Notes under the pieces: generated by a model
Databases searched by the model: none
Seen by the model: only the letters and a program-made list of their open reading frames with translations
Told to the model about the DNA's origin: nothing
Origin: Felis catus
Taxonomy: Eukaryota
Length of the DNA: 64,000 nt
Direction: 5' to 3'
Assembly (NCBI RefSeq): GCF_018350175.1
Contig: NC_058369.1
Span: 1 to 64,000, forward strand
Part shown: positions 10,789-24,397 of the stretch, in pieces
How positions within the stretch are numbered: the stretch's first letter is position 1
Layout: the number at the start of each line of letters is the position of its first letter
Position numbers and translations under genes: made by a program

Positions 10789-13700
10789 CTAGGAGACAAG
10801 ACAAGGGCTGATGGGGGCAGGGGAACGGGAAGGTCATGGGGGGTGAGGGATGGGCTCTGAGGGGAAGAGTGGAGTGGGGAGGACAAGAGGATCCCCCCAC
10901 CCAGGGTGGGTCTCCTGACCCAGGAGCTCACCGTGAGGCCGGCCACCAGTGCCCCCTGCAGGAGGCCAACAAGGACATCACTCCAGTGGTGCTTGTGGTC
11001 AGACACGCGGGTGTAGCCGACGTAGAGAGCAAAGGCCAGCAGGAAAAACTGCACTGTGGGCCGCAGAAGCCGCGCCCACTTCCAGCAAAGCCGTGCCTGC
11101 ACGTAGAGCTGGGGGCCGGAGGGCAGCCATCAGCCCAGGAGCCCGCTGGGCTCACCCCACACCCAGGGCGCAGACGGGAGTGGAGGCCAGGAACACAAAG
11201 CCAGAAGGCCGGGAGCCTCCAGTTTCTAAGAAACAAACCAGTCACCTCGACCCATCACCACCTCCCCTTCCCCCTTTTGCAGAAGGAGAAACTGAGGCCG
11301 AGTCCCACAAGCCAATCCTGGGAAACAGACTCACCGCCAAGAACATCATGCAGTACATCCCAAAGGAGGAGTGTCCAGAATAGAAAGACAGTCTAAGAAA
11401 GGAGAGCACAGGTGTCAGGAGGGGCTGCACAGGGAACAGAGCCCAGGGCCCAGGCTCAGAGACCGGGAAGCTCACTGACATCTCTGCCTTCGAAGTCCCC
11501 GGGCCCCTGGCCCCCAGCCCCCTGTGTATCCCACAGTCTGGGACCCAGCATAGGGAGGGTTTTATGGGGAAACGTGGCCCCTTTTCATTTCCTGACCACA
11601 CAAAACAAAGTCTCCAACTGGGGCTCACAGTCTTTAACAAGGATACCGTAGGCCACAGACTCAGAACCAGGGCAGACAAACAGATAACACCACAGTTTGG
11701 GGGTCATTTCCCATCTGTGGTTCTTGATGCAGGAATTAAGCTCAAGGTTTAGCAAAAAGGACACCAGTGGACAAGAGAATGGCAGATTAAGGAACTCCAA
11801 AGGTCCAGCCCTCCATAAACACAATGGAAACACTCGTACGAACGGAATCACACTGGCAGTGGCCACCACCAGGACTAGCAAAACAGACCTCTTTGCACGG
11901 ATTTGTGATTGTCTGGACCCATCTGGTGGATCTGCAGAGCTACGCCACTCTCCTGTGGCCGACGCAGCTACCTGGGGAATTGCTCTGAAGCCTTTACAGC
12001 AAATGTCGGTCACTGCTGCCCAGGGCAATGCATGGCAGCCGAGGCACAGGGACCCACCAGGAAGCTCAGGAAAGGAGCCCTTGGCTCTCACCTCTGGCTG
12101 ACCTTCAGGTGCTGCGCAAACAGGAAGCCTGCCTGAGCTCGGAAGGCAGGCCCCGACACAGCACACACAGCCCATCGGCAAACTCAGAGAGAGGTCTTTC
12201 TCCCAGTGCCAGATGTTTAAGGAAATCTCTGTCCAAGTACTAGCTGATCGTGCAGGTAACAGAAAGAACTTCATGGCCACACATGACAAAGAGTACAGAA
12301 TTTACAAAATTAGGTCAAAAGGTCGCTAACCAACCGACCGACAACTGCAACAAAGAGCAACAATAATCGCTGGGTGGGAGAGCACAAGATATTCCCAGAG
12401 TTGCTACATGACAACATTAAAGATGCCCAGTTCTCAACCAAATAGTCACAAAGCACACAGGGGGAAAAGTGTGGCCGATACACAGGGTGAAAAGAAATCT
12501 GTTAATAGAAGCTGTCCCCAGGATGCCCAGGTGCTAGACTTACTGGACAAAGACTTTTCTCTGGCCATTTAAAATCTGTTCAAAGAGGGAAACAATGTCT
12601 CACTAAACAGAGAATATCAGCAAAGAGACAGAAGTTATCCAAAGGAACCAAACAGAAATTCTGGAGCTGAAAACAGTAAGTAGTATCTGAAATGAAAAAT
12701 CACCAGCAGGTCTGAATGGGCAGAAAGAACCGTGAGCATGGACACAGGTCAACTGAGACAATTCAACTGGAGGGGCACAGAGTAAGAAGGGAGAAAAAGA
12801 GGTAGGCACCAGGGATGCCCACACACACGGGGGAGCCCAAAGAAGGGAGGAGAGACAGACAGGGGCAGAAAGAGTATTTGAAGACATAATGGCTGAACAC
12901 TGCCCAAGCCGGATCAAAGACACGAATCTACACATCTAAGAAGCTTGAGAACTCGAACGGGAGAAGCTCAGAGACACAGCGTAATCAAACTGCCAAGGAC
13001 AGTCAGCAAGAACCGTGCACACGGCAAGAGAAGAGACCGCTGTGGTACGAGGGTCCTCAGTACGATTAGCAGCCAGTTTCTTGTCAGAAGCCATGGAAGC
13101 CAGAGGCAGTGAGGTGATACTTTCAAAATAACCAAGAATTCTAGGTCTGGCAAAATCACCCCCTAAAAATGAAGGAGAAATTCAGACATTCCCAGATAAA
13201 CACAAACTGAGAGAATTCATTACTGAAACACCCGCCCTATAAGAAATTCCAAAAGGGAGTCTTTCCAGGAGAAATGAAGGGTGCTAGACAGTTAGCTGAG
13301 GCTCACACAAAGATCTGAGATACACGAGTCAAGGTAGTTACACAATACAACCATCAGTATTTATGTACTTGAGCTCGTAATTCCTGATTTTTTTCTAACA
13401 ATTTTATGGGATGCCTGCGTGGCTCACTTGGTTAAGCATCTGACTTTGGTTCAGGTCATGATCTCGCAGTGTGTGAGTTCAAGCCCAGTGCTGGGCTCCG
13501 TGCTGACAGCTGAGAGCCCGGAACCTGCTTCAGAGTCTGTGTCTCCCTCAGTCTCTACCCCTCCCGCCACTTGTGTGCTCTCTCTCTCTTTCTCTCAAAA
13601 ATAAATAAATTGGGGCGCCTGGGTGGTTCAGTCGGTTAAGCGTCCGACTTCAGCTCAGGTCATGATATCACGGATCGTGGGTTCGAGCCCCACATCGGGC

Positions 13701-16700
13701 TCTGTGCTGACAGCTCAGAGCCTGGAGCCTGTTTCAGATTCTGTGTCTCCCTCTCTCACTGACCCTCTCTTGTTCATGCTCTGTCTCTCTCTGTCTCATA
13801 AAAATCAGTAAACGTTAAAAAAAATTTGTTTTGAATACACAAAAATTTAAAAAAATAATTTTTTAACTGCACATACAGATGGGTGTTAGCTAGATTTATT
13901 GTGGTGATCATTTCAAGGTAAATACAAATGCTGAACCATGTTGCGCACCTAAAACAAACATCGCATCATATGAATTATGTCAATTATGCCTCATTTTTCA
14001 AAAACCTGAGTAAAACAGTAATTATAAATCTGAGTTGATGAACACACAATGTATAGAATATAATTTGTGAAAATCTCATAAGGGGGGGCAGAGCTACATA
14101 GCCACAAACTTTCTGCACAGTCAGTAACTAACATAAAAGAAGGCAGTAATGAAGAAATTCTAAAGCCAGGAAAAAAGAATATGTAGAAAACAAATAGCAA
14201 AACACCAGAAGCTCTTTCTTATGGGGGATTACATTAAATATAAATGTACTAACCTCTCCAATTAAAAGGCGGAGGTTGCAAAACAAACTTACAAAGTGAC
14301 GTAACTTTGCATATGCCGTATACCTTCAGACGCACAAACAGGCGGAAAGTACAAACGTGGGAAAAGCATTCCATTCAGACAGCAACCAAAAGACAGCCCG
14401 AGTGGCCACGCTGCTATGGGACAAAACAGACGATGAAAAGAAAAGAAAAAAAACCGTTCGCAGACACAAAGGACGTTACACAGTGATCAAGGCACACGTG
14501 TCAAGAACACATCACAATCACAAAGATAACGCACAGAACAAGAACCCCGAAAGAAGTGAGGCAGAAACGCACACACCTCACATGTGAGCACAGACACGGG
14601 AGAGGCCAGACAAAAGGCTGCACGGTGTGTGACCCCACGTGCGTGAAGCGTCAGAAGAGGCACGCCCACCCACAGGAAGGGGGTTCGTGAGTGCCAGGGG
14701 CTCAGGGAGGAGGCAGTGCCGGGGGCCTCATAACTAATAGACACAGAGTTTCTTTCTTGGGATGATAAACATATTCTGGAATACGAGAGTGGGGATGGTG
14801 GCACGACACTGTGAATGTACTAAGAATCAATGAATTGCATGTATTAAAATAGTTAAATTCTTGATTTTTAGGGATGTGAATTTTATTTCAAAATTTTAAA
14901 CAGGAAAATAGATGCCAATTAATTGAGAAGTTTATCAGAGAATGTGAGAGCACAGAGCAGAAGCCGGACAGTGGGGCCTGAGGTTTGGGGGGCTGTTCTG
15001 CTCAGGACCCCGCATCCCGGCCCCACCTCACATCCACACACCTCCCCAACCCAGGCCCACGGGCCCCACCCGGCCTCACCCCACCTTACCCTCCAGGAAG
15101 CTCACCCTTCCACATCCAGCGCCTGGGGGTCCTGCTCTAGCCCCGACTCCTCCCCCAGGGGTGGGGACAGCCGTGGCTTAGAGTCCCCAGCATCGCCCCG
15201 AGTGAAGGCGGCCGGTCCAGCACCCACCTGGACTCGGTGACGTTGGCGGGGCTTCCCCTGCACACCTTCTCCACCTGCACGTACACGGAGCAGTTGACGC
15301 GGCTCCAGTCAGGGTCACACACCGCCAGGAAGTTGGGCCGCAGACGGCCGATCATGTACTTGGCCAGGTCGGTGAGCGACTGACTCACCGCAGCCCCAAA
15401 CAGGAACGTCCCCAACACCTTGTAGACGGCCGCCACGTAGTTGTTGAAGTCGGAGCGGGAATAGAGGCGGTCTGTGTATACCAGGTAGGCCTCCCCGGCA
15501 GAGACCTGCACAGGGAGCCACTGAGGGCACTCATGGCTGGGCTGGGGAGGCAACTGTGAGGGTCTCCACCAAGCCCTGGCTCGCTGGGCCTCGGACTCCC
15601 CACAGAAAGGGCTTCGGGGTGCCTGGCCTCCCTGAGTCTGCTGGGATTCTGGGAACTCCAAAGGGGGGGGCCCCCTTCCCCACATACCATTCAGGGCAAA
15701 ACTTGGCCCCACCCCCAGCACCCAACCTACCACCCTCCAACCTCTCCTGCCTTACGAGGATGATGGTGGCTGTGATGGTGACCCCAGCCATGAGCCCGTG
15801 GGTGATGGTGTCTGGACGGTAGGGGTACCGGATGGAGTCATCTCCACAGTAGAACCCTCGCTTATATGGTGCGTTCACAAGCGTCAGGATGGCAAAAGGC
15901 AGAGAGGCTGGGGGCAGGGGAGAGAAGCCAGTGGCCACACGGTTCTCCCCATGCTGTGTGGTCCCACCAGCCAAGCCCGGGGGCCACAAATGCCAGCTTC
16001 TGTCGGGCACTTGGCCACCTGCCTCGGCCTTCCCTCCCTGGTTTCCTCACCCCCGCGTCAACCCGAGGCGAGAAGGAGCTTTCCCCATGGCGAACGGGAG
16101 TCTGCTCCCTCATTAAAACCCCCTCATGGTTCCCCATCGTCCTCAGATAAACACCAAAATCCTCCCCGGGCCCATTGTACAGCCCCCACCCCACCTCCCC
16201 CCTCACTCACTCCCATCCAGCCTCCTTTCTCCTCCCTGAGCAAACTCCATAAGCATGCAACCGAGCTCCGTCCCCGAGCTACCTTCCCATGCAACCAAGC
16301 TACCTTCCCTGAGCTCCGTCCACCCTTCCTGACTGCCCACACTGGCGCCCCTTTCACAGAACAGAAATTCTGTTCTCCACGTCTCTGGGCCTGTATGCAC
16401 TTCTGCAACATAGTGTGATACTTGATTGTCAGCCCCACCCAAAGGGCTTGACGGACACCTGAGGGGGGCCCACCATGTTCAAGGCGGTCCCCGGAGCCTG
16501 CCCAGGGCTTGGCCTAGGCAGGTGTTTTAATAAGCATCTTTTAAAAGAAGAGAGGCCCTCCCTGCCCCTCACTGTAAGGCAGGCCAGAGAGACCAGGAAC
16601 GCACCACAGAAAGGGCCAGAGCTGAGACACCTGCATTCCTGCCTTTAACCCTGAGCCGGCCAAGGGCCTCGACGCCTCAGTCCAAAGACATATTCAGGAG

Positions 16701-18754
16701 CCACAAGTTCTGGCAGAATAATGAAAGGCATTGCTGTAGTACTGGGGTCCCAGGACCCCGCTGAGCCAAGGGTGACAAACGAAGGCAGGGTGCCCTTTGC
16801 CCCCCAGCAGGGCAGGTGACAAGTGTAAAAGGGTGTGACTCTTCTTTGGCATGAATACAAGGCCAACTCCTCCTCCTAAGACACCGAATTTAGTCAAGGG
16901 AAACACAGAGGTCTGCCCATGGAGCCGAGTGTTAGGGATAAAGAATCATGGGCCAACGTGACTGGAATCGGGGAGGCCACACAGAAAAGAAGGTGGATCA
17001 AGGGAGCTGAGGAAGTTCAGGGCAGATCTGGGGAAGAGCTCCAGGCAGAGGGAAAGGCAGTCCCAGAGAACAGCAAAGGACCCTGCCTGGACGGCTGGAA
17101 CACTGGGACTGGAGGGTACTGTAAGAACGGGAATCTTGCTGTGAGTGAGGTGGGAGACACCAGAGAGCTTGGAGCAAAGGAGCAGAGCATGCGTTCGACG
17201 GGTTCCCTCAGGCTGCTGTGAGGTAGGGCAAGGGTAGAGGCAGAGAAGCCAGGCAGGAGACCCCCAAAGTTGGGGAGGAGTGGGGAGGCGGGGCCTAGAA
17301 TATGCTGAGCCACCAAGTCAAGCCCCATCCCTGCAACCCAACCAGGGCAGGGGCTGGCGCAAGGGGCCTCGCCCGGCAAGGTTAGCCTCCGCCTCCTGTC
17401 CCCCAGCCCCAGTCCCAGCCCCTTCCACTGGAGGGAGGCTCATCACCCTCAGCTGGAAGCAGAGCTGTGGATTCAGGAAGCAGAGCTCAAAGCACTGAAC
17501 TGGGGGGCCTTTCCCTGCCTGGGAAACTCTGGTTCACACCCTCATGGCAGACACTTCCAGAACCTCCCTGCCTTTACATCATCCCCGCCCCCCATTTTTT
17601 CATCAGGGTCCTCGTCACCCAATGAAACCCAACTTCTTATATCGCGAAGCTTCAAGAATGGTAGCAGGGTCTGCCTGGGCCTCGAGCGCCTGGCACAAAG
17701 AAGCAACACTTGCCTGCAGCAGGTGCCTGAACCTCTCTGGGCTGAAACAGCACCTCCCTTAGACTGTTCCGTGGAAAAGACTTAATTATTTGCATGTCAC
17801 TTAGCGCCTGGGATACATAAGTGCCACACGGATGTTTAAATGTAAATAACAGGTGCTCAATAAATGATGGCTAGGGCTAGCGGATGGCTAGTCCCCCCTG
17901 TGGACCTCTTCCCGTTACCACCTGGCCCACTCCAAAGAGCTTAGGGTTAGGGTGAGGGTTGGGGCTGGCGCGCGATCCTTCAGGGCATTACCCCTCCGCC
18001 CTTCAGCGACCTCCGTCCCGGCGGAGGTGCAGGAACCCCACAAGGAGGGGGTGGGGGGTGCGACTTGGGCCCGAGGGGGGCCCCTCCCCGCGCCGGGGGG
18101 TAGAATTCCGGGGCCATTGTCCGCACCGCCCCGGAGCAAACACTCAGCCTTTGTTCCCGGGACCCTGGGGGAGGGGCGGGGAGGGGGGCGGCCTCGGGCC
18201 ACCCCCTCCCCCAGCCTGGCCCGCAAACCCGCCCGACAGGTTTGGTCTGCGCCGCCGGAGGCGACGGGTCCACCCGTAGCCCGGGGCCCAGCCTTTCTCT
18301 CCACCTGTGCACCCCCTCCCCACACACCCCGCCTGGGAAGGGGGTTCGAATCCCACCGAGCGGCTGAGTGTGCCCGTGGGGAACGCCGATCCCGGGAGTG
18401 GGGGTGGAGGTCCTCCCGGCGGTGCCCCGCCCCCGGCCGCGCCCCTGGCCGCCCAGAACCTGGACCGCCGCCCGCGTGAGTCACCGCCCCGGCCGGGGGA
18501 CGCAAACCCTCCGCGACACGGGACGGCCGAGGGGGTGGGGGGGCACGCAGGCCGATGTGGGCGCCGAGGTCACCCCAGAGCTCCCCCGCCTGCGGCCCCC
18601 ACCCCACTCCACCCCCGCTACAAACCAGCCCTCGGGGCGCCTGGGCGCGCACCGCCGGGGAAGGGGTCCGCCCCGCCACGCGCGGGGCCCCGCGGCTCTT
18701 ACCGACCAGCACGCACAGCACGTCGAGCAGCACGAAGACCCACCTCCGCTCCAT
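10639..18754 (-). CDS. PLPP2: Phospholipid phosphatase 2 (LPP2/PPAP2C), complete, 288 aa
   Basis: Coding exons 18754-18703, 15907-15756, 15505-15228, 11392-11335, 11108-10932 and 10788-10639 (52+152+278+58+177+150 = 867 nt), all GT-AG and in phase. PAP2 motifs [15 protein letters not shown] and [12 protein letters not shown] are present. Starts [11 protein letters not shown], ends [10 protein letters not shown]. Confidence 0.98.
10932..11108 (-). CDS. PLPP2: PLPP2 coding exon 5
   Basis: [11 protein letters not shown]…[16 protein letters not shown]…AGLT; 177 nt. Confidence 0.97.
11335..11392 (-). CDS. PLPP2: PLPP2 coding exon 4
   Basis: [19 protein letters not shown]; 58 nt. Confidence 0.96.
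12300..14890 (+). mobile_element. Fragmented old L1M element(s) (ORF1, ORF2-start and 3' pieces) in PLPP2 intron 3
   Basis: A-rich L1-like segments (aaccaaacagaaattctggagctgaaa; aaaaatgaaggagaaattcagacattcccagataaac; aatgtactaacctctccaattaaaagg) and a 3' end near 14600-14890. Boundaries are approximate. Confidence 0.75.
13408..13835 (+). mobile_element. Two tandem Can-SINEs (13408-13610 and 13612-13835)
   Basis: Two SINEC heads, each with (CT)n and an A-tail; the second starts directly after the first tail. Confidence 0.93.
15228..15505 (-). CDS. PLPP2: PLPP2 coding exon 3
   Basis: [15 protein letters not shown]…[19 protein letters not shown]…NVTES; 278 nt. Confidence 0.97.
15756..15907 (-). 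CDS. PLPP2: PLPP2 coding exon 2
   Basis: [29 protein letters not shown]…TIIL; 152 nt. Confidence 0.97.
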
Positions 18755-19400
18755 GCCGCCCCCGCCCCGGGCCGCGCCCGCGCCCCCCGACGCCGGTCCC
18801 AGCGCGTCCCGTCGCGCCCCGACCTGGCAGCGGGGTCACGTGGGCGCCGAGCTGGGTCCAGCAGGGGCGGGGCGGGGCGGGGCGTGCAGGGGAGGGCAGC
18901 TGAGGGCAGGGGAGCGGCGGGAGGGCGGGGCGGGGCGGGGCGGGGGCAGAGTCCGGCCGCGGCGGGCAGGGAGGGGCCGGCTGGAGAGTTCCTGCGCGTG
19001 GGGGCGGGAGACCCCAGCCCGGGTCTGGAGGGTGGGGAGGGGTCGTCCGCGCCCTGGCCGGGAGGCTGAGGGACCGAGGCCCAGAGTCACCCTCAGACTG
19101 GGCCGGCGGAGTCGGGGAAGGGCCGGGTGGCGAGAAGGAAGGAAGGAACCAGCGAACCAGCGAGGGAGGGAGGGAGCGGGCGAGGGGCCAGGCCCCTCTC
19201 TGAACATCGGTTTCACTGGGGGGGCGGCGCTCGCGCTGCGCACATCTTAGTACGTCTGAGTCAGGAAGTGCCTAAAAAGTATGAAAACCGATGGGGTGTC
19301 ATGGCTTAATCGCGGGTTTTTTTTTTCTCTCCTCCTAATGCTGGAAGCCCTGGCATTCCGGTGATGCGTGGCGTTTCAGGTCAGGCCCCTCAGCACCCAC
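17930..19400. promoter_or_regulatory. PLPP2: CpG island / promoter of PLPP2
   Basis: Very GC- and CpG-rich. Contains clustered GGGGCGGGG boxes (~18864-18945), an E-box GTCACGTG (~18835-18842) and AP-1 TGAGTCA at 18477 and 19257. Confidence 0.9.
18703..18754 (-). CDS. PLPP2: PLPP2 coding exon 1
   Basis: GGCGGCATGG start context; [22 protein letters not shown] donor. Confidence 0.96.
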
Positions 19401-22400
19401 TGTCGAGGCTGTTGGCGCTGTCCCCACTTTACAGAGGAGGAAACGGAGGTGGCAGGAGGTAGACGTAGGAACTCGCTCACAAGCTGGTTAGGTTCTGTGC
19501 CCCGTGCCCCCACTAGGTCCCAGGGAGCCCTGAGCTGGGAGGCGCCCAGGAGTCAAGAGCATCTAAGCTAGGGAAACTGAGGTCCAAGGGGCCATCACTA
19601 GATCCTTTGGGCTGAAACCATCTGAGAAGCCTTGGTGAGAGCCCTGCTTTGACATGGCAGGAAACATGACACAAACACGAGGTTCTGTCACTCAGGGTCA
19701 CACAGTGTAAAGGGGGAGGTGGGGGAGAGTCGAACCCAGGGGGCCTGGCCCCAGGGTCTGCTCCCTTGACTTCTCAAACACATTCACCCTCCAAGCCCCT
19801 CCAACAACCCTAAAACAGGATGTTTCCCAACTCTTCAAAAAATTTTTTTAACATTTATTCATTTTTGAGAGACAGAGCATTAGCGAGGGAGTCTCAACCC
19901 TTTTTAGAGATGAAGGGAGCCAGACCCAAAGAAAGACAGGGAGCCCCTGATCCAAAGGCGGCTGGGGCTTAAACTCAGAGTCCCACTGACCCTGCTCCCT
20001 GGGAGGGTGACCAGGCACAGGCACTTACAGGGTGCGGGGGACCCAGGAGGGAGCCGGGGACCTTGGGGAAGAGGGGCAGTGTGCAGCAGACCTGGAGCTC
20101 CTTTGCTATTAGGGTTGGGGGCGGGTGTCTGAACGCCAGCTCCTCTGCGCCCTGGGACAACTTCCCTCTTCTGAGGGGCCGGCAGAGACACTCCCCACAC
20201 ACACTCACTCAAAATAACTCAGCCCACTCCCAGGACCTGGCAAAGGCTAGCATGGAAACTTCTGGACCCGGATTTTCCGTCTGTGGTGTGCCGGAAAGAC
20301 AGTGTGATAGGCATGTCCCCAGTATGGCTTCCCCTCGTTCCAACCGCATTTGTTGTTGGGGGCGGGAGTGATGGGCACATCCTAAAGAAAAAAAAAAATC
20401 CAGCTTCCTCCCTCGCCCCTAGACTTCTTCCGGTGGTGGGGGTGGGGGTGGGGAGATCATATTTACTTGCCCAGAGGGATTTTCCAGTGTCTGGGCCGGG
20501 GTGGGGCTGTCCCAAGGGTCCTGTTTCAGGCTCGGCTGGATCCAGCGCTCCTGGAGCAGGTGTGCCCGCCCCCCCCCCCCCCAGGTAGGCTCCGGCCCTG
20601 CTCACTGGCTTTTCCTGCTGCCACTTGGGGCGGGGGGGGGGGGCGCCCCGGGGTAACGCAGGTCCTGGGCTCCAGCTCCCGTCTTTCATTAGTTCACTCA
20701 TTCAGGCAATGCCTAATGAATCACGGTTTTTGTGCAAATTACCTGACTTACACGCGATCAGCATCTGCGATGCCCAGCAAAATGTTCCATAAATGCTAGC
20801 TAGCCTCCTCATTGCTGTATTTAACTCACTTTAACCTCAGGGTGACTGCCCAGACATGTTCAGTTAAGGTAGACGAAGGGCAATGCTATACCAGAGTCCA
20901 GGAAATGCGGGGTTCTTACTGAGCGCCTACTACTCGCTGGGGGGAGCGTGCCAATGGGAGTGTGGTCCTGGGGGTGACCTGGGCCGGGGCTGCGAGTGGG
21001 ACCCAAGCAGTCTCTAGGGGAGGCTCCTTCGGGCAGAGGCCAGGGGTAGGAAGAAGTATGGCCTGTTCTCTGATGAGCCATCAGCCCTCCCCGCTGACCT
21101 CAATCCCACCCTGTCCTTAAAACACCTGGATACGGTCAGGATTAAAATCTAATGTGGGCAGTAAGGATTAGGATTAAGGTTAGGAATGGGGTCTGCTAGC
21201 TGGGTTCCTTCACACTTCAAGGAGGCTTTGCACTTGGAATCCGTCTTACATCCTTCTCGGAGAGAATCCGAGGCTAGTGAGGCCTGCTCTGGGGACAGAA
21301 CCTGGGCTGGGAGCCAGCCCTGGAAGGCTTCTCCCCACCTGCAGGTGCCAGGGACTTGCCTATGTCCCCTAGAGACCACACCAACCCCTTGGTCCCTTAT
21401 GGTCTACCAAGGAGTGGCGGTCAGTTCTCATCAACCTCATGGGCTCCAGGTGATGAAGTTGAGGGCGTGATGCCCGGGGGGTGGGCAGAAAGGTGCCGCC
21501 CACACAGTGGGTGCCACCTGAGTGCCGCCATCGCTCCCAGGTCTTTCTACACTTCTCTCAGAGGCTCAGGCCGTACTGGGAGTTCTTCCAGAACTGGGGC
21601 TTACCCCCTGCTAAGGGTCCCAGAGCCGTACACCTGGGGAGCTGGGACAGGCCGGTCCGTGAGCATGTCTGCCCACCTAAGCCCTGAGGTGGCACTGAAG
21701 TACTTCACCAGGAACACCTGACTCACTAGGAACCACCCCGGAGGGTTAATCAAACAGCAGTGGGGAGGCAGGTACTTGGAGTCCCCTTCAAGTTAGAATC
21801 CAGCAGCGGTGAATTCTGAATCCCAGGTTAGGCTGCCACCTCAGGCAGACCACCCTGACTGCACAGTCACCCCCCCCCCCCCCCAGACACACACGCACCT
21901 CCGTGTCCAGCAGCCCCTTGAGCTCTGGCACTATCTGTGTCTGCGTACCATCCTCTCCTCCCCAGCCCTGAGCACCAGGGGCAGGGGCCGGCACACAGCA
22001 GGCCCCCAATCAATGCTTACCCAATAACGAATGACTGAGGGCCCACAGCCTGGGGTTATCAGGGTGACTCCCACTCCAGGGCCCTTCAGCCTTAGCACCC
22101 CTCCGGACTGAGCTGCCGCTCCTGCCCCCACGTGCTCCCTGCTGCTGTCACCCCTCCACCCAGACCGACCGCCAGACCCTGCCTGGGAGGCCGCTTCTGC
22201 CTCCGCGGGTGAGCAGCTGACACAGGCCTGGCCGGTCACTAGTTCAGTTACAATACACTAGAGGACATACTATTCAAGGGCTTCTGCTGGCGCTACTGGG
22301 GGAGGGAGCACAGACACAAGGCCCGGTTCCCTGCAGTTTCTGGTGCCACCGCAGGCACCAGGGAGGAAAGCGCACCTAAGGATGAGCGTCCAGGAAGCAG

Positions 22401-22699
22401 AACACCGCACCGGTGATGCCCGGCCTGAGCGCTGCCCACACCGCTGGACCGTCCCAAGAGCACAACTTCCAGCCCTGAGAGGTGCTACCGTCTCAAAGCT
22501 GAGGAAGGCAGGAGGAGGACAGCTGCCACCACAAACAGGGCATGCTGAGCAGTGCCACGGTCACAGGGAAGACTGGCAGGGGCCTCTGTGTGTCCAGATC
22601 AACACTAGGAATAGGACTCATTTACAAACAACAGGCAGGGCTGGAGAAAGGGGGACCCCCAACCCAGAGGAAAGTGCATCCAGAAACGACCCAGAGGCT

Positions 22700-23560
22700 G
22701 AAACAGCAAAGATCCCAGGTGACTATCATAAAAAAGTTAAAGTTTCGACAGGAGAAGGTAGAAAATGGGGAATTTCAGTAGAGAAATGGAAAAACCCAAG
22801 TACACATACCGGGACCAAAACATACGAGGTGTGAGCGAGACAACGCTGGGGGACGGGCCACACGCAGTGCGCGTAGCAGCTGGGGGTCCGCAGGACGGAA
22901 GGAGACACGTGCGGAGGCGAGACACGTGCGGAGGCCTGCGGGGCAGGGAGCACCCAGCGGTCTCATGTGTGGCCGGACACTGGGGGGCAGCAGAGATGTC
23001 AGGAGAGACAATGGCCAAGACGTCCCCAAACTTAGGAAAGTCACTAACCAGCGTGCCCAAACAGCTCCGCATAAAAGCCACACCTCCGTGCACCCCAGTC
23101 AGACTGGGGGCGCCACATACGAAACAAAAATCACCGTCAGAGGAAAGAGACAGGCTCTACCTGGGGAAACACTGGAGTTTTTCATCTGAAGCAACAGAAA
23201 CCAGGGGTAAATGGACCATATTTAAAATGCTGAAAGATGGGGCACCTGGGTGGCGCAGTCGGTTAAGCGTCCGACTTCAGCCAGGTCACGATCTCGCGGT
23301 CCGGGAGTTCGAGCCCCGCGTCAGGCTCTGGGCTGATGGCTCAGAGCCTGGAGCCTGTTTCCGATTCTGTGTCTCCCTCTCTCTCTGCCCCTCCCCCGTT
23401 CATGCTCTGTCTCTCTCTGTCCCAAAAATAAATAAACGTTGAAAAAAAAAATTTAAAAAATAAAAATTAAAAAAATAAAATAAAATGCTGAAAGAAAATA
23501 AATCAACCCAGAATCCTGTATCCAGCAAAAATAAAACACAGCTAGGAAGTACTTCAAACA
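22700..23560 (+). mobile_element. Degraded L1 ORF1/HAL1-like fragment, interrupted by a SINE
   Basis: gggaatttcagtagagaaatggaaa…atatttaaaatgctgaaagaaaa…tcaacccagaatcctgtatccagcaaaaata, typical of L1 ORF1 remnants. Confidence 0.55.
23239..23480 (+). mobile_element. Young SINEC_Fc with 15-bp TSD
   Basis: CpG-intact body and long tail. TSD taaaatgctgaaaga at 23223-23237 and 23481-23495. Confidence 0.96.
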
Positions 23561-24397
23561 CGGAGAAATCAGGGCCTGGTCAGGCCAGCAAAGCTGCCAC
23601 CCACAGACACTGAGCACAGCGCCTCACAGTGACAGACAAGGAGCCCGCCCGGAAACCCAGAGTCCAGTGAGGAGTGAGCACAGGGACAGACACCCACCTT
23701 CAAAGGCCACGCAGAACAACGAGCTCCCACGACACCCGTCTCCAAAGCCTGGAATGCAGACACCGAGGGCTGGGGACGGTGTGGCACAGCTGGGGATTTC
23801 TCACACAACTGGACACGCTCTTGCCATTTGATTTACCCAAACGAGTCGAAAACGTGTGCTTGAAAACAAACGTGCACACGGATTTTGCAGCAGCTGCATC
23901 CAGAAGTGCCCAAACCGGATGCGACCAAGACAGCCTTCAGCAGGAGGGGATGCCAGACGTGGTCCACGCAGAGGCTGGAATACCACTCAGCACTAACAGA
24001 AACGAGCCATCAAACCACAGACTTGGAGGCGCCTTCAATGCACAGAGGGAAGGAAGCCGGGAAGGCCACACTGCACACACACACCAAGGGACACCCTCAT
24101 CAAGCTGCTCAGAACCAGCAAGAAAGTCCAGTTTTAGGTTTCAGTACAATCACACACTTATCTGTGAAGCCTTCACTAATCTCCCCAGAAAAGCCAAACA
24201 TTTTAGGATCCACTGCACCAGGATTAGAGAGCCGTGTCAGAATGCTGCAATTACAGGTGTATCTGCAGGTCTCTTCCCTTGTGTAGACATAAGCACCCTG
24301 AGATGAGAAACATCTTACTCATTTCTTTACCCAAAATATAATTTAGCGCTGACCATACAGGAATGACCAAAAGAACAAACAGGTGAGTGACACCCCA

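Noticed and set aside
10985..11015. SDHKHH instead of SDYKHH in the PLPP2 third motif
   Set aside because: The catalytic Arg, His and Asp are intact, and His at this position occurs in other family members.
17915..19250. Long overlapping ORFs at the PLPP2 promoter, and likewise 47711-49209 at MIER2
   Set aside because: Stop codons are scarce in CpG islands, giving low-complexity G/P/R/A translations. Only the short first exons are supported.
22902..22935. 17-bp tandem duplication containing CACGTG
   Set aside because: A small slippage inside a degraded L1-like fragment, with no support for function.
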